Assembly: GCF_000143415.4 (NCBI RefSeq)
Contig: NW_003314383.1
Location: 328,145 to 392,144 of the forward strand
Direction of reading: 5' to 3'
From: Selaginella moellendorffii
Taxonomy: Eukaryota; Plantae; Lycopodiophyta
DNA: 64,000 nt
Made by a program: the position numbers and the translations under genes. This document shows, in pieces, positions 52,501-63,043 of the stretch (positions within the stretch are counted from its first letter, which is position 1; every line of letters begins with the position of its first letter). The notes beneath the pieces are model-generated. The model made no database searches and was not told where the DNA came from. It saw only the letters and a program-made list of their open reading frames with translations.

Positions 52501-54895
52501 GGCATTTGATTCGAAAAGGAAGAAGGGCAACGAAAAGATGATAGGTAATGCCTCGCGGTTATGGCGTGTGTGCCCATGCCATTCATTGCAGATCAAGGGC
52601 TGAGTGAAAGCAGCCAGTCACCACCTCCTGACTCAGATTCCTATGGTGGACTCCCCTTCCCCAATCTCAATGGAGAGGTACAATGGATGAGGGATGCTTT
52701 TCAAGTTAGGGCCACGTTTTTCTCATCTCGTCGTCTTCGAAGGGTGCAAGAACGTGCAGAAACCATGTTAAGACAATCGGGTGAGGATACGGTCCTAGGT
52801 CACGCACTAAAACAAGCTATGGATGTCTTGTATTTTGAGATGGAGACTCGGCCAGATGATTTTCCCAAGATGGTCCTGGAAGAACAAGCCATCCAGCCTG
52901 AGCAGCCTATGGAAGAAATGCAGGAGGGGGATGAGGAGCCAGAGAAAGATAATGAGCAGGAAAAGCAGAAGAACGAAGAGGAGGACAAAGAAGAGGAGGA
53001 CGAAGAGGACTTGGATGGTCCTCACAATGGTGACGATCACAATAACGACAACGACGATGATGACGACGATGGCCAGCCTGAGGTGGCCAAAGAACAGCGG
53101 AGGAAGGTCATACAAGACAAACCATCAGGTAAATAATAGTATATCCATTCCTAACCTTTTACCATTTCTAACATTGTCCATGTAGGTTGCAGAGCAAATG
53201 GTAAGTAGAGATTATTCAGTTGAATTTACAAACTCTAGCCTTTAGTGTTGAGGAAGGATAGTGCCAAGCAAGGGTCGAAATGTATGTCCAATCCTTCAGA
53301 ATCAGCAGTGCGCCCAAGTGATATCGGTCCTAGTTCCTCAATAGCAGTTGATGGTAAATATAGTATAGTCGATTCAATGTGCTAATGAGTTTGTTTTTAG
53401 TAGCACGGGAGGATACCATCTCAATCGAAGGGAGATATTTGGATATGCATATGGATCCGCCAGTGGACTCTACTTGGCTGCAAGAGTCATCAGAGCTGGT
53501 GGAGGCTACTATCCATATCAACGCCAAGCAAGTTGACCACGCTCCACTTGATGCTGCCCATACCACTGAGTCAATCTTGTCCACGTATCCAACTGACGGT
53601 GACCAGGTGCCATTGGACCTGCATGAGGCCGCCCCAGCCGCCGAGCCGGTCGTATCCTCATTTCCAACAGACTCAACGTGTGCCCAATCGTCTGACTACA
53701 CGCCGTTGGAACCTCCCTACACCGCCCCTGCTGCCTGTTCGGTCATGTCCACTTTGCCAACGGAGGCACTAGCTGAAATGGCGTGTGATCACACGCCATC
53801 GGAACCACCCCATGCCACTGTTGAGCTAGTTGTACCAGAGTCTACAGCTGAAATGGCATGTGCCCACACGCCATCGGATGCGATTGACCCCACATTGCAG
53901 AGGAGAGTATTTCCGCCCTTCACGTTTCCTCGACTAAAACCCTCTCAACGACCATCGGGAGCACCATTCGCTAATATTGTAGATGGTAAAATTGACTTGT
54001 ACCATTTTTTATGCTAATGCATTTCATTTCAGAGTCACGGCGAAGGTACTGTATCGTTTTTGATCTGAACAGTGTCCTTTTCTCCCATGAGCATGGCTCG
54101 TCCTCGAATGTCACTGCACCCTCCAAAGCCTGCAGTCGCAAGTTGGTCAAAAGAGACAGATTCACATTAATTATACGGGAGAAACTGCGGGATCTAATAA
54201 TGACCATGCGACACTTAAAATAGAGGGCCGGGTTCAATTTGCAATTGGGAGTTTGGACATCCATGATGCGCCACAATGCATTAACGTTGCTACAGATGAT
54301 GCACGATCAGACGCGAGTAATATTACCATTTGAATTTCTCCTAACGCAGGAGGATTGCTTGACTATGGTCCATGTGAGGGGTAGCAAGCCCATCTTCGTC
54401 AAGCCAGAGGCTGTAGTGATGAACCGGACTGCTAGGTCAAGTGAAATCCTCATCATCAATGACTCGCCGATTAAAACTGCAGCGAACACGCACACATATG
54501 CAGTGCACCCCATCTCTTGCAGTATGGAAACTAGGGAGAAGAAACCGTATGTTCTGGGGGACCTTGCAAAACGGCTTGGAGCGATGGTGATAGAGAACCG
54601 GCTAGTCCAGGAGGTGGCTGCAGAAATCAACCAAATGGCAGATGGAACGGTATATCAGAAGCCATTTGATCGGACAGACACCAGTCATCATTTATGGCAT
54701 GTATATTGTCTAGCCAAGCACTATCCGTATCTCCATAATCTGCTCAACCGGATGGAATCTTTGACCACTGAACATGAGCGTGGACGTATTAGAGAAGAGA
54801 TGGCATTACTATTGGGTTTAAATCCTGATAGTGTGGAGAGTGATGAAATTTTAAGATTATTGTATAGGCGTTGGAGGCAAAAAATAACAGTCTGA
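49530..54895 (+). pseudogene. Transposon cargo gene, multi-exon: ParB-like domain + degenerate amino-methyltransferase-like domain + acidic/Pro-rich linker + FCP1/NIF-type HAD domain; five in-frame stops
   Basis: One continuous frame 49530-50708, then GT-AG intron 50709-50762, then 50763-52087, reading through stops at 50628, 51369, 51588 and 51732. Further small introns follow. The last exon from ~54033 reads CIVFDLNSVL..VWTSMMRHN..FLLTQEDC..IINDSPIK, with a stop at 54221. It may be two genes rather than one. Confidence 0.7.
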
Positions 54896-55341
54896 GATGG
54901 CATGTATTTATTTAAAAATGTAACTTATTATGGCATGGGGTTCCATGCCATTGTATTAATATTAAAAGACAATTCTTTGAGAGGATTTGCATTATACTAG
55001 AAGTGTTACAGCATGTTATTGGAAGTCTACGAAGTTGTTTTATTAATAAGGGGAAAGTAAAAATTGAATGGGGACTTGGGCTCCACCTAGACTCGGAGCA
55101 ACTGAGCCAATATTAAAAGGATGGAAAGAAATTGAACGACGATGACAAGGAGAAGAGAGAGGTGAAGCAGTGGCAGGGGGAGGAGAAGTGATTGAGTAGA
55201 CATTTCCTTGTTTAAAATAAAATGGCATGTGCCTCAATGCAGTTGAATTTTGTTATATTTATATACTATATAAAGGTTTGGAAACCTTATTTTACAAGTG
55301 GGATAATGACAATTCCCACTTTAACGAAATAGAGCTTTCAT

Positions 55342-55843
55342 GTGGAATGGTGCCCCACTTGAGTACCTTGTGGCTTATTGGTCCTCACCCTTTTTAGGGG
55401 CTTGGGCCTTCCCTTTGGGATGGAAGTGGGGGGCTAAAGGTATTTATACCAAGCTGTTAGGCCACAGTGTTTCCCCTCGGCATCCCGAAGCAAGGATTGC
55501 ATCCAAGGCTTGGGATTTAGAGGGTCCCATGATCAAGCTTTGTTGTACCAACGGATGTTAAGAATTTGGAAGCTTGGTGTGCTTGGCTGCTTGTGCCTAT
55601 GGGGAGTGTAGTCAAACCTTAAGTCGAGTCTAACCCGGGGAAGCGGATTGGGAGAGATTTGAGAATTCGTGGATGGATGGCTCCGTTGCTTGTGCAATGA
55701 GTAGCTAAAACCAAGTAGGACCAAGTAGAATCTAGTACAATAGGCGGGAACCTTGGCAAGGGAACTTAACAAGGGCCAAAGCGGTGTTGGTCGGATAGAC
55801 AAGGTAAGCTAACAAATTGGAAAGAAAAAATTTATGGTTTATA
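55342..55843 (+). repeat. 5' LTR, right part
   Basis: ~55655-55843 aligns with ~62850-63043. Confidence 0.9.
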
Positions 55844-55846
55844 ATT

Positions 55847-55858
55847 TGGTATCAGAGC
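55847..55858 (+). promoter_or_regulatory. Primer-binding site (tRNA-iMet)
   Basis: TGGTATCAGAGC, 3 nt after the LTR end. Confidence 0.92.
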
Positions 55859-56895
55859 TTTTTCCTCAGTTCTAGCAAAGGATAGAGGCGGATTGCTGGG
55901 AGATGGCAAAGGCAGGGCATAAACGAACCAAGGCGGAGATGGAACCTCCTCCAGAGCTGAAGCCTTCGGTCAAATAAGAGGCTATGGATGAGGAATCCTT
56001 GCATGAGGAGAACTCTAGTGAGGAAACTTCCAAACAGGAGTCCAGTGGTGAGGTTCAGTCGTCCAAGGCTTGATTGGACATTCTAAAAGGAAAATTGGCA
56101 TAAACTAATGCTCTGTTGGAGACTCTCGTACGCAAGTTAAAGTGTGATGAGAAGCAGAAGAAAAAGTGAAAGACTGCGGATGCTGGTAGTGCAAAAGGTG
56201 TGGACCCTTCGGCAGGGACTAAGCCAGAACCAAACAAGGTCAAACAGATTGAAGTGGAATCAATCCCTCAAGCAGTTCCCAAGTACAAACCAAAGCCCCC
56301 ACCGGTCTTCAGGGGAGTGAATGACTATAAGGTGGTGGAGGATTGGTTTTATAATATGGAGGGCTATTTCTGAGTGTTGCGGTTACCGAGCTCGAAAAAG
56401 GTCCCATATGCAAAACCATACTTGGCAGATAATGCCAAGTCTTGGTGAAGAACAATAGAGGCCAATGAAGGACCGGTGGCCACTTGGGAAATGATGAAGG
56501 CGAGGATCCATGCAACTTATGTTCCTTTGAATGCTACTCTGCACCTAAGGGATGAGTTGAGTAGGCTGAAACAGACCGGAACCATTCAAGAGTATGTGAA
56601 TCGGTTTATGGCAAAGAGGATACTTGTCACGGATATAGGTGATATGGATGCATTCTATGCTTTTATATCAGGCTTGCAAACCTAAGCTCGCGGCGAGGTG
56701 ATGTGTTGGAACCCGACCAACTACAAGGAAGCATTGGATGCGGCTATCAAGATGCATTTTAATGATAACTTGCGAAAGGGGAACACAACGGGGTTGGGTC
56801 CACATTTAGCAAAGGGGCAAAACCAAAGGGAACATATGGCAAAGGGAAATTCAAGAAGAGTTTCTCTAAGAATGAGTCCTTAGGGTTCTGGAAAG

Positions 56896-58540
56896 TGTGA
56901 GACACAAAATCCCTAGGCCCCAAAGTGGAGCCGAAAGGGTGCCACGTGGTAGTGGCCGAAGCAAAAGCCAAACGAGCGTAACACATTTGGACTAAAAGCT
57001 CCGACTTGAAAGGTCGAGAGCGGGAGTGGAACTCCCAACAAAGGGCTCGAGGAACAAGCACGAAGCGAGCAATAAGCGAGACTCCAAAAAGGGAACCAAA
57101 AGGACCAACACATGACACGTGGAAGTGTTCAAGATGGAGTTCGAGATGGATCGAGACAGAGTTCGAGATGGAGTCCGAGGTGGAGTCCGAGATGGAGTCC
57201 GAGATGGAGTCTGAAGTGGAGTCCGAGATGGAGTCCAAAGTGGAGTCCGAGATGGAGTCCGAAGTGGAGTCCGAGATGGAGTTCGAAGTGGAGTCCGAGA
57301 TGGACCGAGACGGAGTCCGAGATGGAGTCCGAGATGGAGTCTGAGATGGACCGAGACGGAGTCCGAGATGGAGTCCGAGATGGACCCGAGATGGAATCCG
57401 AAATGGAGTCCGAGAAGGACCCGAGATGGAGTCCGAGGTCGAGACCGAGACCGGAACCGAGACCGGGACTGAGACCGAGACCGGGACCGAGGTGGAGGCC
57501 GAGACCGAGTCCGAGTCTGAGTCCGAGTCCGAGTTCGAGTCTGAGAGGGTGAAAGCCCAAAGCATTCGTCTCCCAGACCCTGGGGGGTTTGGTGAGCTCC
57601 AAAAGTATAGTAAGGGGGAGGACTGCAGTGGAGCCAATTTGGCCAGGAAAGGCCAGTTTGGCCCAGGAAGGCCGGACCCAGTGTTGGGTGATGAGCTGCC
57701 CACTGGGAAGTCCAAGACTAGAGTGAATACGGACCGACAAATGAGGTAGCTTGATGAAGTGTTCAAGAGCTGTCTCTAGTTCCCCCGGGAGATCAACTGG
57801 CCGATGCTCCCAGTCCAAGTGTGGGTGGCACTACCTACTTGGATACCTGGTGTGGCTCAACGGAACCTCGCTCTAAGCCCATGGCTAGAGCACCCAAAGG
57901 CAGAAGGCAAGGAGAGTACCCACGAGGCCCGCATAGGGCCACGGTGTTCTGAAATGTTGCCCCAAAGTCCTAGACTGTGGAAAGGAAGAGGAGTAGCCCT
58001 CTAGTGTGGTGACAAGAGACACAATCACACAATGAGGAAGTCCTAGAGGACAGTTGGACTTAGTGGTCGGGCTTGTGGGCCTTGATCTAGTGGCAGTGTT
58101 GGTGAACACAGCCATGGACAGGAAGGGACTGGGTGGGGACCGGAAAGGAGACATTGGGGAAGACTATTCATCATGTCTGCAGGCATCCTAAGGATGTTAT
58201 GGAGTGGATCTGGGATAGCCACTCATGGATGGATGGCTTAGTCTTTGAGAGACGGGATTGTAATGTAGGTGGTGTTGGACCACCGATGTGACCAAAATGA
58301 ATGGGCATGGCCTAGCGCAACAGGCTGGTATATCAGTAGTACCTTGGGGTGTCGGTCATGGGATCGAACACGTGGAGCACTTGGACCAAGTGCAAAGGTT
58401 GAGTGGCATGGATGCCATTCTCGGGGCTAGCAAGCCCCAAGTCCTGAATGGGACTTATGGAGGTTGTGAATGAGACTCCTCCAAGTGGTTGGAGGTGTGG
58501 TTAAGTGACTAAAGTAGAATGGAAAAATTAGTCGCTTACA
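56896..58540 (+). mobile_element. Solo LTR (1645 bp) of a related family inserted in gag
   Basis: Ends TGTGAG...CTTACA; near-TSD GAAAG/GAAAA. Shares the GAGTCC array and gggtgaaagcccaaagcat with the host LTR. The gag sequence resumes after it. Confidence 0.82.
57135..57545. repeat. 12-bp minisatellite (GAGATGGAGTCC)n within the solo LTR
   Basis: Directly visible. Confidence 0.95.
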
Positions 58541-60399
58541 GAAAAGCAGATTTGGTGGCTAGCGAACAAGTACGTGGAGGAGTCAAGCAAAAAAAGACAA
58601 ACCCACGAATAAGAAGGTCAAGTTTGCTAGCAGCATGGGAAACAATGTATGCTACAACTGCGGTGAAGTGAGACACTTTTCGAGGGAATGTCTCTACCCG
58701 AAGAAGGCCAGAGCCAATATGGCCAATAAGTCGGGTGGAATCCAAATTGAGGTATATGATCTAGTCCTTAGCTCAAAGTTACTCATTACACAAGCAACTT
58801 TGGTAAAGAGTCGTTCACGACATTTACTAGCCTTCCAAGGGAAGTTCGAAGGTAGCTTTGTTAAGATCCTTATTGATACGGGTGCTTCGGATAATTTTGT
58901 GGCTGCAGACATAGTCCGGCAAGCCGGACTACCGGTGCAGTGACTAGGTGAACCAAGGACTATAGAGTTTGTTGAAGGTAGCCAAAGCACCGATGAGGTA
59001 CTTTGATAAGCGAGTCAAAGTAGGGACATGGAAAGTAAACATGGATTTCATTGTATTGGACATAACGGGATTTAATGTAATCTTCAGGATGGATTGGTTC
59101 AATCGGTTCGTAGTAGCTCTACATGGACAAGGTAGGAACCTTGTGGTACTAGCAAATGCTCGGGGAGAACGATCTAGGGTGGAGGCTCAGGATTTGAAGG
59201 TAGGGCAATGTAAGGCCAAATACTCTTGTTTAAATTTGGTGTTCACGAGAGGACAACTCACTAAATGAACCAAAGCAGCATTTTTATGCTTACTTTCGAT
59301 GAAGAGTGATAAAAAGACGAGAACGTAAGAAGTACCTTTAATGATCTAGCAAGTGTTGAACCAATTACAAGATACCATGCTGGAGGAGCTACAGGCGGGG
59401 TTGCCCCCTACACGACCAATAGAACATAAAATTGAGCTGGTCGAGGGTGCTAAAGCGATGGTTCACCCACTCTATCATTTGAACGAAAAGGAATTCAAAG
59501 AGCTCAAGCGCTAACTAAGAGTTGGTGGACAAAGGGTATGTTAGGTTGAGCAAGTTGCCATATGGGGTGCCAGTGTTATTTGTGAAAAAGAAAGATGGAT
59601 CTATGCACATGTGCATAGACTACCGGTTGCTTAACTAGTATATAAAGAGGAACAAATACCCTTTGCCAAGGATTGAGGACTTGTTCGATAGGTTGGGAAA
59701 GACAAAATACTTCTTGAGGATTGACCTAAGGTTAGGATACTACCAGATCAGGGTAGCAGAGGAAGATGTCAAGAAGACAACCTGTCAGACAAGGTATGGG
59801 AGCTTTGAGTTTTTGGTGATTCCCTTTGGGCTGTACAATGCGTCGGCAACGTTTTTGACGTTGATGAACCACATCTTTGTACCCTATTTGGATCACTTTG
59901 TGGTCATTTATATTGACGATATCTTGATTTATAGTGAAACACTAGAGGAGCATGCCAAACACTTAACGAAGGTGTTTGAGAAACTAAAGGAACACAAGCT
60001 ATATGTTAAAGAAAGCAAATGTGATTTTGCTCAACAAGAGGTAAAGTTTCTTAAGCATATGGTGGGCAAGGACGGGTTCAAGGTGGACCCTGAAAAGGTC
60101 CAAGTGATCCAGGAATGGGAGCGACCATTGAATGTACATGAGTTGAGGGTGTTCTTGGGGCTATGCAACTACTACTGAAAGTTTATCAAACACTATCCGA
60201 GAGTAACCCTACTCTTAACAAACCAAACGGGTAAAGGGAAGATGGTATGAACAGTGGAATGCGAGGCGGCATTTGTCCACCTAGAAGGGAAGTTGATAAA
60301 GACTCCCTATATTAGCGTTATCCAACTTTGGTATGGACTTTAAGGTAGAAATGGATGCTTTGAACTTCGCGCTAGGGTAGTTTGAAGCAAGACAACCAT

Positions 60400-60499
60400 N
60401 NNNNNNNNNNNNNNNNNNNNNNNNNNNNNNNNNNNNNNNNNNNNNNNNNNNNNNNNNNNNNNNNNNNNNNNNNNNNNNNNNNNNNNNNNNNNNNNNNNN
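60400..60499. other. Assembly gap (100 N)
   Basis: Run of N. Confidence 1.
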
Positions 60500-62628
60500 T
60501 TATTGTGGTGTCCAAGCGTTCAAGGATTGGCGACATTATTTGGGAGGCACTTCCAAAGTTGGAACACTTCTGGTCACAACCCGACCTAAGAGGGAAACCA
60601 GGTTGGTGGGCCATTGCTTTGGCTGAGTTTGATTGCGAGATTCTGTATAAACCTGAGAAGAGCAACATCGTGGCAGATGCTCTAAGTCGAAAAGCAAGCT
60701 TGAAGTTGGCAATATCTAGTGCAACAGCAACCTTTTGGGACGATGTGCAGACAGCATATGAAAACGATAGTTTAGCACAAAAAGTGTTGCTAAGGAATCA
60801 AGAGGTGCGAGAAGCTCACCAAAGAGGTGAGTTGCCAATGGAAGAGAAAACAAGTTAGACAGAATGTAATGGACTGATCTATTATAAACAAACAAGAGTA
60901 TATGTTCTAAAAGGGGAACTAAGGAAGGTAGCCTTAGAAGAGTGTCATGATGGACTTCTTGCTAGACATGGCAGAGTGTCTAAGACGATGGGCTTACTCA
61001 AGAGGAATTATTATTGGCCAAATATGGTTAAAGACATCTAAGACTATGTAAAGACATGTCCAACATGTCAGTAGGTTAAAGCCGTGACTAAGGCTAGTGG
61101 GGGTGTTACAAAGCATCCCAATTCCAGATCGTCCATAGAAATGTTTTACAATGGACTTCATTACGGGACTCCCCCCAAGTGAAGGGTTTGATGCGATATT
61201 TGTGGTGGTGGACCGATTTTCAAAGATGGCACATTTCATACCCACCACAACAAAAGTGGATGTGGAAGGTGTGGCGAAGCTATTTTTTGAACAAATGGTT
61301 CGAGTGCAGGGAAGGCCAGAAGAGATTATTTCAGATCGAGATAAGATCTTCACCAGTAGATTTTGGAGAACTCTTTTGGAACAATATCGCACCAAGTTGA
61401 AATTTAGCACAGCCTATTACCCACAGACAGGTATTGGGTATTAAGTTAAGTTTGATGGCACTAACACTTCTTGATAGACACGGAAATGTGTTATAACAAC
61501 TCACCACACTCTAGTATCGGGGTGAGTCCATGGGAAATCATCAATGGGCGAGCTATTGAAGGTCCTGTGGAACTCGGTATGGCCGAGCATCATAAAGAGT
61601 TATCCGCAATGGAGGCATTCATAACAGAAAGACTTAATGATTGAAATTTAATGAGGGATTCCTTGGAACGAGCTCAACAAAGGCAAACTAAGTATGCAAA
61701 CCAAAAGTGCCAGGATGTAGAGTTCCAAACTAGGGAGAAGGTGTGGCTGAACACTAAGAACCTAAGGCTACCAAAGTGGGATTAGCCAGAAGTTGACCCA
61801 AAGGTAAAAATGCATGTATTCCTGTAAATGAATTGATCTTGAGTTCTTTAAGCAGGTTTGCAAGGCTTTACAAGATTGAGGCATGAATTAGTAAAGTGGC
61901 TTACCACCTCTGACTTCCTCGAGAGATGGGAAAGATGCACTCAGTGTTTCATGTGAACTTACTCAAGCCGTACTTTGGGGATCCACTTTGCAAGGACCAA
62001 GTGAGACCTCTGCCTAAGGTTATCCAAGGGGAAGAGGAATACAAAGTCGAGGCTATCCTCAATGCACACAAGAGCAAGTGACAAAGACGCGAGGTGAGGG
62101 AGTTCCATGTGAAGTGGAAAGGATTTCCACACTGCGAAGCAACATGGGAACTGGAAGAGAACCTAGCAAACACGTGAGATCTAGTGGAGGAATTTCTGCA
62201 AGGTAGACCTCTATGTACTTATGCAAAGTTCAATTAAAAATATCAATTGGTGAAGTTGAGCAATGGCATATGTTGGGACCTGAAGGCACGCCGAAAGTAA
62301 GCTAATTAGCATGGGTTATCTAGGTTGACTAAGTGTAGGGAACTATGCCCAACTCCCCATAGGAATGTCGAATTCATAGATGTATTTTGTAGAGGTTGGG
62401 TTTGATTCCCAACCCCCTAGTAAAGTAAGGTTGGGTTCAAGTCCCAACCTCATACTAGAGTGTGGTGAGGTGAGGGGTATAGGGACACCTATATTCCGTT
62501 GTCATGGGCTTTTGGCTAGGGAGGCTAACTTAGGCACACCACTAAATGGGGGGATGCCCCTGAAGACATGGTTAACAAGTTATAGGATTAAAAAGAGACA
62601 TTTAATATAGGCATTGAACTTCTTCTAT

Positions 62629-62640
62629 GGGTGGTGGAGT
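62629..62640 (+). promoter_or_regulatory. Polypurine tract
   Basis: gggtggtggagt immediately before the 3' LTR TG. Confidence 0.75.
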
Positions 62641-63043
62641 TGTAAGGAACCAACTCCCCGAAGTGTCATAGGCTAAAAGGATCCCTGAAAGCACGACCGA
62701 AATGATAAAGAGTTCATCGGATGGGACTGAGTCTGAGACCGNNNNNNNNNNNNNNNNNNNNNNNNNNNNNNNNNNNNNNNNNNNNNNNNNNNNNNNNNNN
62801 NNNNNNNNNNNNNNNNNNNNNNNNNNNNNNNNNNNNNNNNNTTATGAAAGATTTGGGAATTTGTGGATGGATGGCTAACACTTCATTACTCGTGCAGTGA
62901 GAAGTTGAAACCATATAGAACCAAGTAGGAGCTAGTACAATAGGTGGGAACCTTAGTGAGGGAACTTAGCAAGGGCTAAGGTGGTCTTGGTCGGATAGAC
63001 GAGGTAAGCTGGCAAATTGGAAAGAAAAAATTTGTGGCTTACA
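62641..63043 (+). repeat. 3' LTR (middle hidden by the assembly gap 62742-62841)
   Basis: Matches both ends of the 5' LTR; followed by TSD ATTGT. Confidence 0.93.

Larger units (their letters stand above)
41189..55337. mobile_element. 14.1-kb TIR DNA transposon with Sola3-like transposase and cargo gene, inserted in the 5' LTR
   Basis: Perfect 24-bp TIRs AAGCTCTATTTCGTTAAAGTGGGA (41189-41212) and TCCCACTTTAACGAAATAGAGCTT (55314-55337). 4-bp TSD TCAT at 41185-41188 and 55338-55341. Confidence 0.93.
55902..62200 (+). pseudogene. Degenerate gag-pol (gag, Zn knuckle, protease, RT, RNase H, integrase, chromodomain)
   Basis: LKQTGTIQEYVNRF; CYNCGEVRHFSREC; LIDTGAS; PRIEDLFD, GYYQIRV, YIDDILIYS; VADALSR; MDFITGLP, VVVDRFSKMAHF; EYKVEAIL..VKWKGF..EATWE. 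Many stops. Confidence 0.93.
40550..63043 (+). mobile_element. Complete Ty3/gypsy chromovirus LTR retrotransposon (degenerate) with two nested insertions
   Basis: Both LTRs start TGTAAGGAACCAACTCCCCGA (40550, 62641). Both end caaattggaaagaaaaaattt.tgg.tta[c/t]a (55843, 63043). 5-bp TSD ATTGT at 40545-40549 and 63044-63048. PBS, gag-pol, chromodomain and PPT are in the correct order. Confidence 0.95.

Noticed and set aside
44191-54223. Stops repaired by U-to-C RNA editing or readthrough
   Set aside because: Such editing is organellar. This is a nuclear TE that also has a frameshift, and methyl-C deamination explains the stops more simply.
41415-55243. CRISPR-like reading of the palindromic repeats
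   Set aside because: Spacing is irregular (tens to thousands of bp), copies are degenerate, the context is eukaryotic and there are no cas genes.
41189-55337. Classification as CACTA/EnSpm or Mutator because of the Tnp1-like domains and size
   Set aside because: Termini are AAG, not CACT(A/G); the TSD is 4 bp; the catalytic motifs are Sola3-type.
56759-57818. 335-, 229- and 146-aa low-complexity ORFs (SDS/MESE/WSPR repeats), and similar ORFs at 40505-41011
   Set aside because: Translations of the LTR minisatellite, not genes.
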